Of a DNA stretch of 64,000 nucleotides, positions 9,827 to 20,096 are shown in pieces. The notes beneath the pieces were generated by a model. That model was not told where the DNA came from. It saw only the letters and a list, made by a program, of their open reading frames with translations, and did not search any database. This stretch comes from an uncultured delta proteobacterium. Its GTDB lineage: Bacteria > Desulfobacterota > Desulfobacteria > Desulfobacterales > Desulfatirhabdiaceae. The position numbers and the translations under genes were made by a program. How positions within the stretch are numbered: position 1 is the stretch's first letter; each line of letters starts with the position of its first letter. The stretch is from positions 32,001-96,000 of the forward strand of contig CAWBKP010000017.1 of NCBI GenBank assembly GCA_963789395.1, in the 5' to 3' direction.

Positions 9827-10253
9827 CTATGATTTGATAAAACGCCGGTAGATAAAATAGCCCAGCCCGCCCAGAATCAAAAGCTCAAATATGCCGATGC
9901 CGCCGCTGCTGCCGCCGCCGCTGCCGGCATGTCCAGTTCCTCCAAAGAGCATATTTCCGATCATTCCCCCCACGAGGCCGCCGCCGACGCCGCGGAGAAA
10001 ACTGCTGCCGCCACTGCCGGACGACGGCGAAGACCGAGAAAAAAGATCCGCTGCCCGAAGGACTGGCAGGATTTGCAAGGGATTTTGACGGACTGCTGCC
10101 AAACCCGCCGATAGAAGTGCCGGAGCCGCCAAAAGATCTGCCGCCGCTTCTGGAGCGGGCATCTGCAAGGTCGGAAAATCCCAGTACGACACATACGGCA
10201 AAAAGTGAAATCAGAAGAGTGATTCGCGTTACGGACGATGTTTCATTCAACAT
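9827..10253 (-). CDS. Gly/Ser-rich exported/membrane protein resembling the N-terminal half of bacterial Tim44-domain proteins (frameshift ~10040; no Tim44 domain)
   Basis: Signal peptide ending ADA-RSRSGGRSFGG, then FLRGVGGGLVGGMIGNMLFG and GGIGIFELLILGGLGYFIYRRF from two joined frames. Confidence 0.6.
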
Positions 10254-10352
10254 AAGATGTCTCCAATACGAATAAATATGGCGTTCAATAAAAAGATGAA
10301 TTCAGCAGGTCAGCGGATGGTTCCACAAGATACAGGATACGTGGAAATAAAA

Positions 10353-10655
10353 TCAGGACATGTTTTGCGGGGGAACGAAAATGGAGATGAAAACTTTAGG
10401 TGGCACAAAGAGCGGGGATGTTTCACGCAGCCTGGTTGACGGAAACGTATGGGTTATCCGGTTTGCAAACAGGGTATGTTCTGCACAACTACAAGCGGAG
10501 TCACACTCATCCGTGCCGTGCTTATCCGGACATTCTGAGGTAAAATAATCAAAAACGTCTGAAGATACGTCAATAGGCGAGTCGACCGGATGTGCAAAAC
10601 ATGCAGCCGGAAGGAGGATGTAGACGAATATAATGAAGATGGAAATCGATTTCAT
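10353..10655 (-). CDS. Small secreted-type Cys/His-rich protein with C-terminal IFVPPQ
   Basis: 100 aa; hydrophobic signal peptide, ECPDKH..DECDSACSCAEH, Pro-rich tail FVPPKVFISIFVPPQ. Confidence 0.65.
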   Translation of the reverse strand: MKSISIFIIFVYILLPAACFAHPVDSPIDVSSDVFDYFTSECPDKHGTDECDSACSCAEHTLFANRITHTFPSTRLRETSPLFVPPKVFISIFVPPQNMS

Positions 10656-10696
10656 GACAATTTGATTTTGGTCTGATTGGCGACGTTTTTATGAAT

Positions 10697-11398
10697 CTAA
10701 TCGATATCCGGCAGTTTGTCAATCGGCGTTCCATGCCCGGTCTGTTCTTGAATGCGGATGTGATGGTATACATGCACCATCCAGACAACAGCAAGAATCG
10801 GTACAAAAAGATTCAGAAAAGGGATAATCGCCATCAACGTGATTGCAAAACCGCCGCCGTACACGGCTTTTTTGTGCTGAAGACCCAGTGCTCTGGCACT
10901 GGCTTTCCCCAGGTGATATCCTGCCGCACTCTCGAAAAACTCCCGGCCGAGAAGATAACTGTTCAGCAGGATGGATACTGCAAGTCCGATGCCAAAAAAA
11001 TAGAGCGGCAGTACGAGAATATTCAGGCTCAGTGCCCAGCCGGTGAACTTCAGATCGTGCCAGATTTCGTGCCAAAACTTCGGAACCACGCTTCGGACGG
11101 TATCCGGATAATACTGACGTTCCACGCGCTGAATTGCGGTTTCCTGAAACAGACTGGAAATCAGCACGGTAAATACCGGCAGCATGAACCAGCCGCCGAT
11201 GCCGGTGAGAATACCGACGCTCCAGTTGAGCAGCGTATCAAGCCATCCGCGCTCGATGGTTACGAAGCGGCCGGTTATCCAGGTAATACTTCCGACGGCG
11301 CCGAGAACAACGATCACCGCCAGCAGAGCGCACACGAGCATCAAACCGAAAAGATGCGCCTTTTTCAGAGAAGTAAACGTCTTAACCAGTGGGTACAT
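10697..11398 (-). CDS. EI24/CysZ-like membrane protein
   Basis: Four to five TM segments; VERQYYP, NSYLLGREFFE, IPFLNLFVP motifs. Confidence 0.8.
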   Translation of the reverse strand: MYPLVKTFTSLKKAHLFGLMLVCALLAVIVVLGAVGSITWITGRFVTIERGWLDTLLNWSVGILTGIGGWFMLPVFTVLISSLFQETAIQRVERQYYPDTVRSVVPKFWHEIWHDLKFTGWALSLNILVLPLYFFGIGLAVSILLNSYLLGREFFESAAGYHLGKASARALGLQHKKAVYGGGFAITLMAIIPFLNLFVPILAVVWMVHVYHHIRIQEQTGHGTPIDKLPDID

Positions 11399-11698
11399 CC
11401 ATTCTAACCTCGTTGCTTTTACTGAGATGTCATCTATTTCTTAAAAAATACCTTGATTGCAGACGGATTGTCAAACTGAATGCGTCGATTCGGCAATTTT
11501 CGGTGCAGACCATGACAGTTGCAGGCAATGTTTCAGAAATGATGAACGTCATTCTTTTGCATGACCTGGCTTTACCGATGCTGTCTTTTGTGGTAATGAC
11601 AATTTAGCATAAAAGCAGCATGGCTGTCCGTTAAAAAGAACCGTTCCCTGGCCTGATTCTCAGGGCATTGATAGAAATGATAAGAGGCTATTTATTTG

Positions 11699-12196
11699 AT
11701 GCGCTCCGGCATAGGATATGATATTCACCGCCTGGTGACCGGCCGCAAACTGGTTCTGGGCGGAGTTGATATTCCCTTTGAAAAAGGGCTTCTCGGCCAT
11801 TCGGATGCGGACGTACTGATTCATGCAATCTGCGATGCCCTGCTGGGTGCCGCCGGCCTCGGAGATATCGGTATTCATTTTCCGGATACGGACATTGCCT
11901 ACCAGGGCGTATCCAGCTTGGTGCTTCTGGATAAAACATCTCAATTGCTGGAATCCAGGGGCTTTTCCGTGGTGAATGTGGATGTTACGGTTCTGGCCCA
12001 GACTCCGAAACTGTCTCCGTTCAGAAAAGCCATGCAAGAAAATATCGCCGGCATGCTCCATCTTCCTGCCGATTGCGTCAATGTCAAGGCCACGACAACA
12101 GAAGGACTGGGGGCAATCGGCAACAGCGAGGGGATTGCAGCCTTATGCGTGGCCATGATTAACCGGAGAGACAAAAAACTGGAAACACTGTCATGA
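11699..12196 (+). CDS. ispF: 2-C-methyl-D-erythritol 2,4-cyclodiphosphate synthase
   Basis: GIGYDIH, GHSDADV, GDIGIHFPD, VKATTTEGLG. Confidence 0.97.
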   Translation: MRSGIGYDIHRLVTGRKLVLGGVDIPFEKGLLGHSDADVLIHAICDALLGAAGLGDIGIHFPDTDIAYQGVSSLVLLDKTSQLLESRGFSVVNVDVTVLAQTPKLSPFRKAMQENIAGMLHLPADCVNVKATTTEGLGAIGNSEGIAALCVAMINRRDKKLETLS

Positions 12197-13626
12197 CGAT
12201 CTATCTGTATAATACCCTGAGCAGGAAAAAGGAAATTTTTGAGACGGTCGAACCCAACAAGGTAAAAATGTATGTCTGCGGTCCAACGGTATATGATGCC
12301 AGCCATATCGGTCATGCCCGGTCCGTGGTCGTTTTTGATGTCCTGGTCCGGTATCTGAGGGCCAGAGGGTTTGATGTGACGTATGTCCGGAATTTTACCG
12401 ATGTGGATGACAAGATCATTGCAAAAGCCAATCAAACCGGAATGTCCCCACGGGACGTGGCTGAAAAATACATTCAGGAATTCTATGCGGATATGGATGC
12501 CCTGAAAGTCGAGCGCGCCACGTATGAGCCGAGAGCCACCGAACATATCGATGATATCATCCGTATCATCCTGATACTGATCGACAAGGGTCATGCTTAT
12601 CCCCTGGATGGGGATGTGTATTTTTCGGTGGAGGGATTCTCCGGTTATGGAAAGCTTTCCGGCAGAAAACTCGATGACATGGAGGCCGGTGCGCGGGTGG
12701 ATGTGGATGTCCGGAAACGAAATCCCTTTGATTTTGCCTTATGGAAGGCGTCAAAGCCAGGTGAACCCGAATGGGACAGCCCGTGGGGCAAAGGCCGGCC
12801 CGGCTGGCACATCGAATGCTCGGCCATGAGCTCCGCCTTTCTGGGCGAAACCATCGATATCCATGGCGGCGGCATGGATCTGACCTTTCCCCACCATGAG
12901 AACGAGGTCGCACAGTCTGAAGCCGCTTTTGGAAAGACTTTCGTCAGATACTGGGTGCATAATGGTTTTGTGAATATCAACCAGGAGAAAATGTCCAAGT
13001 CACTGGGAAATTTCCTGCTGATAAAAGATGTGCTGAAGTCGTATCATCCGGAAGTCATTCGACTCTTTCTGCTCTCCAGTCATTACCGGAGCCCCATTGA
13101 TTTTAACGACAAGATCATGGAGGAATCCAGCGTAGCGCTCGATAAGGCGTATGCGCTTCTGGCAAGGCTGATGGAGCGTTTTGAAAAAAAGCCTGTTCTG
13201 TCTCAGTCCGGGGATCTCTGGGAACGCTTCTGCGAGGCAATGGATGATGATCTGAATACGGCTAAAGGGATTGGGCTGGTGTTTGATTCCGTCCGAACCA
13301 TGAACCGCCTGTTGGACGCATCGGATGAAGCCGCATCCGCGAACCTTCAGAAAACCCTGTTGACCGCCTGGTCGGATTTCCAGAAAATCGGCCGGATTCT
13401 GGGGGTGTTCAGTGAAACGCCGGAACAATACGCGGCTGACCGAAAATTGCTGGGGCTTCAGAAAACCGCAGTCGATCCTGCCTGGATTGAGAAGATGATC
13501 GCGGATCGAACCGCCGCCAGAAAAGCCAAAGAATGGCAAAAAGCCGACGATATTCGAAAACAGCTTGAAGCCATGAATGTCATTATCGAAGATCGGGCCG
13601 ACGGAACCCTGTGGCGGATGGGATGA
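12193..13626 (+). CDS. cysS: Cysteine--tRNA ligase
   Basis: YVCGPTVY, HIGH, GRPGWHIECSAM, KMSKS. Confidence 0.98.
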   Translation: MTIYLYNTLSRKKEIFETVEPNKVKMYVCGPTVYDASHIGHARSVVVFDVLVRYLRARGFDVTYVRNFTDVDDKIIAKANQTGMSPRDVAEKYIQEFYADMDALKVERATYEPRATEHIDDIIRIILILIDKGHAYPLDGDVYFSVEGFSGYGKLSGRKLDDMEAGARVDVDVRKRNPFDFALWKASKPGEPEWDSPWGKGRPGWHIECSAMSSAFLGETIDIHGGGMDLTFPHHENEVAQSEAAFGKTFVRYWVHNGFVNINQEKMSKSLGNFLLIKDVLKSYHPEVIRLFLLSSHYRSPIDFNDKIMEESSVALDKAYALLARLMERFEKKPVLSQSGDLWERFCEAMDDDLNTAKGIGLVFDSVRTMNRLLDASDEAASANLQKTLLTAWSDFQKIGRILGVFSETPEQYAADRKLLGLQKTAVDPAWIEKMIADRTAARKAKEWQKADDIRKQLEAMNVIIEDRADGTLWRMG

Positions 13627-14327
13627 AAATCGACCTTCACTGTCATACGAAATACTCCGGCGATAACGATCTGGAACCGGAAGAGCTGATAGCACAGGCC
13701 TTGCACATGGGCCTTGACGGAATCTGCATCACCGAGCATTTTTCAGTTGAGGCGTCCCTGCCGGTTGAAGCCATCCCCGTGCCCGAAGGATTTCTCGTGT
13801 TTCGCGGGGTGGAGATTTCAACGGATATGGGCCATCTGCTGGCGTATGGCATTCATGATGATTCCTGGAATATTTGGAAAAAGGATCTGTATTTGAATGC
13901 ACGGGATATATTGGAACAGATCCATCGCCTGGGGGGGATTTGCGCGCCCTCCCATCCATTCCGAGGATGGGATTCTTTTGGAGCGATGGCTCTGGAGCTG
14001 GACGGGCTGGATGCCATTGAAACGCATAACAGCCGAAATACCATGGATATGAATGCGCAGGCAATGTCCTGCGCCAGGATTCGAAACCTGCCGTCTATCG
14101 GCGGAAGCGACTGCCATCGAAGAGAACATGTCGGCATGGCCTATACGGATTTCAGCAATCCGGTTATCACAATGGATAATCTGATTGCTGAAATCCGGAA
14201 GGGAAATTGCCGGGGTGTATCACTTCTAATGAGCCGTTCCGCTGGTTCCCCAGATGGAGCTCGGGAACCAGCGGAACGGCTGTGTAACCCTGCAACAGCG
14301 TTTTTACGAATACCTGCCTACCTCTGA
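13623..14327 (+). CDS. PHP-domain metal-dependent hydrolase
   Basis: DLHCHT, ITEH, SHPFR, GGSDCH; ATGA overlap with cysS; the last ~30 aa run through a REP hairpin. Confidence 0.88.
   Translation: MKIDLHCHTKYSGDNDLEPEELIAQALHMGLDGICITEHFSVEASLPVEAIPVPEGFLVFRGVEISTDMGHLLAYGIHDDSWNIWKKDLYLNARDILEQIHRLGGICAPSHPFRGWDSFGAMALELDGLDAIETHNSRNTMDMNAQAMSCARIRNLPSIGGSDCHRREHVGMAYTDFSNPVITMDNLIAEIRKGNCRGVSLLMSRSAGSPDGAREPAERLCNPATAFLRIPAYL
14232..14281. repeat. REP-like palindrome, copy 2, with 19-bp perfect arms
   Basis: agccgttccgctggttccc-cagatggagctc-gggaaccagcggaacggct; minus-strand core CTGGTTCCCGAGCTCCATCTGGGGAACCAG. Confidence 0.75.
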
Positions 14328-14355
14328 TAAAACCCGGGTCTTTTTATTCTAAAGA

Positions 14356-16090
14356 TCACCCTTTGATGATTCTGGGCAGCATCATGTGATGATGCGCACA
14401 GATCGAGGTGGGGTTCTGATAGGCTGTTCCGGCAAAGGCAACCAGGTATTTGCGGATGTCCGGCATGGAAGCGATCTCGTCCACCAGGCCGTGCTTGGCG
14501 CAGTAGATGGGCCGGGAATAGTCATGATATTCCTGGGCCATCTTGTTCATGCTCTCGATCACCGGATCCAGGGGGCGACCTGCGTCTTTTTCCTTGACCA
14601 GCCTGCGGGAGAAGCTGGCTGCCGCTGCGGTTTCACCGTGCATAACGTAGATTTCCGTGGTGGGAATTCCCAGGGTAAAGGCGTTGTGGCGGTTGGCAGT
14701 CGGGCCGCCCATGACGTAATGGGCCGCTGCCGTCCCTTTCCGGAGTACCACCAGCATCATGGGGACATCCGTCTGCTGGATGGAATAATTCAGACTCTGG
14801 CCCAGCCCCAGGAGCTCGGCTTTTTCGGCAATGTTTCCCACATCGATTCCGGATGTGTCCTGGAACCAGATGACCGGAACCCGGTCTCTGCCGCAGAGGG
14901 TGACAAATTCATTCATCTTGATCAGCCCCTGACGGTAGAGCTTACCGCCGATGCCGGCGTACGGGGCGTATTCCGGATAATCCTCTCCCAGATACCCCTG
15001 ACGGTTTCCGATGCATCCCACCAGAAATCCGTCCACCTTGCACAGGCCGGTATAGATTTCGGGCCCGTAAGTGGGTTTGTATTCCATGTGTTCGCTGCCG
15101 TCCACCAGCCTTGAAAGCACTTCCTCAAAATTGTACATCTGTTTCTGGTTGGCGGGAATCAGATGATACAGGTCATCGGCTGAAAACCGGGGGGCTTTGG
15201 GCTCGGCCACACGGAAAAACTTGGGATGGTAGGCCGGGATGTCCTTCATGTAGTCTTTGATGCCATCCAGAACTCCGGTTTCCTCCTCATAGACATGCCG
15301 GAAAAAACCCGTGCAGTCATGGTGAATTTCCACGCCTCCCGGCGGTTTTTCCTTGAACTGTCTGGCGGCGTTGATCAGGTTTTCCGCGCCTTCCAGATCG
15401 AAATGGCCCTTGGGCGACATGCCGCTTAAGATGCCGCCGCCGCCAACCGCCATATTGGCGTTCTTATGTGCCAGCAGGAGCATGGGGCTGATGGCCTGAT
15501 AGCCGCCGCCCGCAGGGTTGGTGCCGAAAATTGCCGCCAGCACCGGGATGCCGAGCTGCTCCAGTTCCGCATGCCTGAAAAACGTGGTGCCGCCGCCTCT
15601 TCTTCCGGCGTAGAATTTCTCCTGTTCCGTCAGCTTGACACCGCTGCAGTGAACCAGCCAGACCAGGGGGATGTGCAGGCGTTTGGAAAGATTGGTGACC
15701 CGAAGGATGTTTTCCGACTGGCCCGGAAGCCAGGCTCCGGCCATGACCTTGTTGTCAAACCCGATGATGACCGCCCATTTGCCGGAGATTTTCCCCAGGC
15801 CATCAATGACGTTGGTGGTGCCTTCCTCGATTGTTGATCGGATTGTAAATCGTATGCAGCGGACACCAGGTGCCCGGATCCACCAGATACCGCAGACGCT
15901 GCCATACGGTCATTTCCCCTCTGGCGTTGATTTTGGCTTCAGGAAAGCCCGCGTTTTTCACCTTTTCCACTTCAGCCTTTACCTGGGCCTCGACGGTTTT
16001 GATGTTTTCAATATTCTTCTCGCTGCTTTTGATCTGGCCGAGCGTCAGTTCGCTGCCAAATTCCGTCATTTTTTCAAAATAAGGTTTCAT
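14356..16090 (-). CDS. gcdA: Glutaconyl-CoA decarboxylase subunit alpha (carboxyltransferase); frameshift ~15830
   Basis: MKPYFEKM..., LVDPGTWCPL, AGAWLPGQ, GTNPAGGGY, GGKLYRQGLIKM, RKGTAAAHYVMGGP; downstream of glutaryl-CoA dehydrogenase. Confidence 0.9.
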
Positions 16091-16107
16091 CGGGTTGTAC
16101 TCCTTGT

Positions 16108-16503
16108 CTATGACTGATTCATGGGCCAGAGGCCTTTTTCTTCAAGTACGGATTTCAGGGTTTTCAGACCCGCATTGGCAGTTGGAACCCCGCCATAAAC
16201 CAGGGTCTGAAAAATGACTTCTGCGATTTCTTCCGGCGTGCATCCCACATTCAAGGCTGCCTGAATGTGAAGCCGGAGCTCATCCAGACGCGACAGTACG
16301 GTCAATGCCGAAATGGTTACCAGTTGCCGGGTTTTGTGGGGGATTTTCTCCCGTGCGTACATCTGGCCGGTGATAAAAAGGGACATGTCCTTTGCCAGAT
16401 CTTTGTCAAAGGCACGCCACAGCTCAAACGGTTTTTCATCCTTGACATCTTTGAAATACAGGGCCGCTGTTTTTTGGGTTTTTTCAGCCAGTGGGTTGGT
16501 CAA
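16108..16503 (-). CDS. Carboxymuconolactone decarboxylase/AhpD-like family protein
   Basis: KTRQLVTISAL, LHIQAALNVG, EEIAEVI..TLVYGGVP; probable TTG start after AGGAG. Confidence 0.85.
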   Translation of the reverse strand: MTNPLAEKTQKTAALYFKDVKDEKPFELWRAFDKDLAKDMSLFITGQMYAREKIPHKTRQLVTISALTVLSRLDELRLHIQAALNVGCTPEEIAEVIFQTLVYGGVPTANAGLKTLKSVLEEKGLWPMNQS

Positions 16504-16519
16504 TGGGTGTATCTCCTTT

Positions 16520-17683
16520 TTACCGGTTGGCTTTTTTAACGCCAAGCTGATCCAGGGCGATGATCATCTTGCAAATATTGGCCGAGCCTTCCACCATGGC
16601 ATAGGTCGGGGCGTCGCGGTAGAATCTGGCAACCGGATATTCCGTGGAATACCCGTATGCGCCCAGGATCCGCATGGCAAAGGTGGCGCATTTGGTCGCC
16701 ACTTCACCTGCAAAATATTTGGCCTGGGCCACATCGAGCCCGTTGTTCAGATTGCCTTGATCCTTTGCCCAGGCAGCCTTGTAGACGAGAAGGCGGGCCG
16801 CCTCGATTTCAGTGGACATCTGGGCGATCATGTCCTGGTTCATCTGAAACTCGCCGATGGGTTTTCCGAACTGTTTTCTCTGGTTGCAGTATTTGATGGC
16901 CGTATCCAGGCATGCCTGGGCAAGCCCGACACCGCCGGCAGCAGCCGAAAGGCGGGTTTGATTGAGTGAGCTGAAAACGATTTTGGCACCGTCTCCGGGT
17001 TTTCCCAAAATATTTTCCTTGGGAACCCGGGTATCGGTTAAAAAGATTTCGCCGGTCGGTGAAGAATGGGACCCCATTTTTTCCAGTTTGCTGGTTTTAA
17101 CGCCGTTGAAATTTTTCATCTCCACGACGAAGGCGGAAAGCCCCCGGGAGCCCTGGGCCTTATCGGTGTAGGCATAATAAATGATGGCGTCGGCGACATT
17201 GGCGTTTGAGATCCAGGTTTTGGAGCCGTTTAAAAGCCAGTGGTCGCCCTTGTCCTCTGCCGTGGACGACATGGCCATGACATCGGAGCCGGCATCCGGT
17301 TCGGTAATGCCGAATCCGCCCACATAATCCGCATTGACCAGTTTGGGAACATATTTTTTCCGGGTGGCTTCGGTGCCGTATTTGAAGATCGTATAGGCGC
17401 AGCCCAGGGTCTGCATGTTGATCTGAACCCTGAGGGAACTGGAGGCCTTTGCGATTTCCTCGGTGACGATCATGGCTGCCAGCCATCCCATATCTTCACC
17501 GCCGTATTCCTCGGGAATGACGGTTCCGAAAAAACCCAGCTCTCCCATGGGTTTAATGACTTCCTTATAGGGAAAATAATGGTTTTCGTCCCATTCATTG
17601 GCATGGGGTGCAATTTTTTTTGCGGCAAATTCTCTTACGGATTTTCTCAGCATTTCCAATTCTTTTGTAAGTGCAAACTGCAT
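16520..17683 (-). CDS. acd: Glutaryl-CoA dehydrogenase, non-decarboxylating (glutaconyl-CoA forming)
   Basis: Acyl-CoA DH motifs GITEPDAGSD and NGSKTWISN. The C-terminal YRDAPTYAMVEGSANICKMIIALDQLG closely resembles the Desulfococcus multivorans enzyme as I recall it (Val before catalytic Glu). Confidence 0.88.
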   Translation of the reverse strand: MQFALTKELEMLRKSVREFAAKKIAPHANEWDENHYFPYKEVIKPMGELGFFGTVIPEEYGGEDMGWLAAMIVTEEIAKASSSLRVQINMQTLGCAYTIFKYGTEATRKKYVPKLVNADYVGGFGITEPDAGSDVMAMSSTAEDKGDHWLLNGSKTWISNANVADAIIYYAYTDKAQGSRGLSAFVVEMKNFNGVKTSKLEKMGSHSSPTGEIFLTDTRVPKENILGKPGDGAKIVFSSLNQTRLSAAAGGVGLAQACLDTAIKYCNQRKQFGKPIGEFQMNQDMIAQMSTEIEAARLLVYKAAWAKDQGNLNNGLDVAQAKYFAGEVATKCATFAMRILGAYGYSTEYPVARFYRDAPTYAMVEGSANICKMIIALDQLGVKKANR

Positions 17684-17898
17684 TCCGGTTCTCCTTTATT
17701 CTTCAGCAAATTTTTAAGACTTAAGGGTAACACCATTTCACATAAATCAGTCAGCCAAAATGATGGATGGTTTATATTTTATCGGCAAAAAATGGTATAT
17801 AAATAAAGCTATGATACAGCTATATTACGTGACGAATTAAGTCAAGAATTATTGAAAAACAGTTTCAAATACACTTTCTTGAATGGATTAAACGGGTC

Positions 17899-20058
17899 TT
17901 ACAGGCGGCGGATAAATTCCTCGACAGCCAGATAGACGTCAGCAGCTCCTTCTCCCAGCAAAATGCCATGTCTGCCGGCGTGAATCAGCAGGCAGCGTTT
18001 TTTCTCCGATCCCAGAAGCTTGAATGCTTTCCGGGTTCCTTTTTCATCCACCACCGGATCTTCATCAGACTGGACCAGAAGCGCCGGCAGGTGTATGTCT
18101 CCAAGCCGGTTTTCAGTCGATTTCATGAGCTTATCCAGCTCCAGAACACCGGAGACGGGGTTTCTGAGATAATTGATATGCGGGTTTTCGGGGTGGTTTT
18201 CAATAAATTCCATTTTGCCGTTTTCTCTTTTGACGCTGCTCATGAACCGGTTCCACATGTTAACCGCAGGGACAAACTTCGAGGAAAGGTCCTGAAGACG
18301 AAATGGCGGACACACCCCAAATACGCCGCAAAATGCCGGATGGCGAATTCGCGCCGCGGCCTCCAGGGCCAGCCCCGCGCCCATGGAAAAGCCGCCTATC
18401 ACCACTTTCCGGCACGTGCTGGTCATCAGCGCAATGGCTTCATCCGCAGAGTCCATCCAGTCCGCAGTGCTTCGAATGGCCAGATCTTCAGGGGCTGTTC
18501 CATGACCTTTCAGCCGGGGAACATAAACCCACCAGCCTTTTTCCGCAAGATATTCCGCAAGTTCCTTAAGTTCAAACGGAGCTGCCATATAGCCATGAAA
18601 CAGGACAATCCCCAGTTTGTTGAATCTTCGTTTTATCAGAATGGGTTTGCCCACTGATTTGTCTTTGGTTTCCCCTTTTAGGTAAAATTCATCATAATCG
18701 CGGTCATAATCTGACAGTGCTTTTTCCCATAATAACCGGGTAATCCGGCGGCGAATCCAGAATGCCGGCTGCCATGCCAGGCAGCGGATGCTACGCTGCA
18801 GTCTGATCAGCGGTTCGATTTCGTTGACCATCACGGCGATCGGGTTGTCGATCCGAATCCGATGAAAATCCAGAACACGGGGGTGGGTTGATGACAGTTT
18901 AATCAGATCATTGCCTTTCCGTGCCAGAATACCTTTTTCAACGGCAATTTCAACAAAATCCCGGAATCGATGATAGTTGTCATCCGTGATCAGGTGGATT
19001 TGGTTTGCGGCCAGGCTTTTATGCAAAAATGAACCGGATTCGCCTGCCTTTTGCGTGGCGGCCAGAAACACCCGACGTCTCAGGTCAAAGGCATCGATCC
19101 GTTTAAAGGGGATTTTATGAAGCATTGCGGCAAAAAGATGATCCGGATTCACGGTGGTCATGCTGTAAATCGCCGTCATGTATTGCTGCATGATTTTAAC
19201 AGCCTGTTTTCGCAGGGTTCGACGGGAAGAAATCGGGTCATCAAAATCAAAGGTACGGATGGCAGAAATATCGCGTTCAATCTTTGAGGCTTTCAGATAG
19301 TCCTGAATGGAGATCGCGGCGCCAAAGCGGATATCGATATCCACTCCGGACAGCAGCATGACGCCTTCCGTCATCATCTCATCCATCATGCGATCTGATG
19401 GATGATCCACAAAAAATTCTGCAATGCGGCTCAGCGTATTTTCTCTGGCCCGCATGGGATAATACGTGATGTTGACCGGAACAATCAGCGTCCGGGTCGT
19501 CTTCAGCGGGTCGATATCCTGAATCTGAAACAGGGACATCAATCTGCGGGCCTCATCCGGATGGGTTTCCGAGAGGGCGATAATCCGCCGGCGGTAAAAC
19601 TCGGTCCGGAGTGCCAGAGTTGCCGCGCCGGTATGCGGGGGGCGTTTGCCGCCGGCGTACGAGAGCATCAGACGGCCTTTTTCAACCAGTTTCTTGTTTT
19701 TGACCATCCGTCCTTCCGGGTAGATGATCCAGGATGCCTCTCCATTCAAAAGGCTTTTGACCATGAGCATATCCCTGTCCGGATTCCGGGTTGAAACAAC
19801 CCCGACAGACTTCAGGTAATCTCCGAGCGCACCCTTGAACAGCTCGGCATCTCCCAGGGACCAGACAGGTTTCTTGCCGGTGAGATAATAAAGGTGATAG
19901 GGAAGAAACAGGGTTTCCATGCGGGTAAAATGATTGATGACAAAAATCAGCGCTCCCTTTGGGATATTGGCGTTGTCATGAATGTTGATTCTGGCTTTAG
20001 AAAACAGCGAAAGGGTTTTGATGGCAAGCTCCGTGGTTCTGTAAGCAAAGCGATTCAT
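17899..20058 (-). CDS. Fusion of PlsC/GPAT-like acyltransferase domain and C-terminal alpha/beta carboxylesterase
   Basis: INHFTRMET and IYPEGRM in the N-terminal half; HGYMAAP, GFSMG, DEDPVV and H-G in the C-terminal half. Confidence 0.8.
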   Translation of the reverse strand: MNRFAYRTTELAIKTLSLFSKARINIHDNANIPKGALIFVINHFTRMETLFLPYHLYYLTGKKPVWSLGDAELFKGALGDYLKSVGVVSTRNPDRDMLMVKSLLNGEASWIIYPEGRMVKNKKLVEKGRLMLSYAGGKRPPHTGAATLALRTEFYRRRIIALSETHPDEARRLMSLFQIQDIDPLKTTRTLIVPVNITYYPMRARENTLSRIAEFFVDHPSDRMMDEMMTEGVMLLSGVDIDIRFGAAISIQDYLKASKIERDISAIRTFDFDDPISSRRTLRKQAVKIMQQYMTAIYSMTTVNPDHLFAAMLHKIPFKRIDAFDLRRRVFLAATQKAGESGSFLHKSLAANQIHLITDDNYHRFRDFVEIAVEKGILARKGNDLIKLSSTHPRVLDFHRIRIDNPIAVMVNEIEPLIRLQRSIRCLAWQPAFWIRRRITRLLWEKALSDYDRDYDEFYLKGETKDKSVGKPILIKRRFNKLGIVLFHGYMAAPFELKELAEYLAEKGWWVYVPRLKGHGTAPEDLAIRSTADWMDSADEAIALMTSTCRKVVIGGFSMGAGLALEAAARIRHPAFCGVFGVCPPFRLQDLSSKFVPAVNMWNRFMSSVKRENGKMEFIENHPENPHINYLRNPVSGVLELDKLMKSTENRLGDIHLPALLVQSDEDPVVDEKGTRKAFKLLGSEKKRCLLIHAGRHGILLGEGAADVYLAVEEFIRRL

Positions 20059-20096
20059 GGTCTCCCCTTTTTTCCGTTTTCCAGCGTTCTTCCCTG

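Noticed and set aside
17807..17821. AGCTATGATACAGCT dyad upstream of acd
   Set aside because: Single short instance with no regulator nearby; insufficient support
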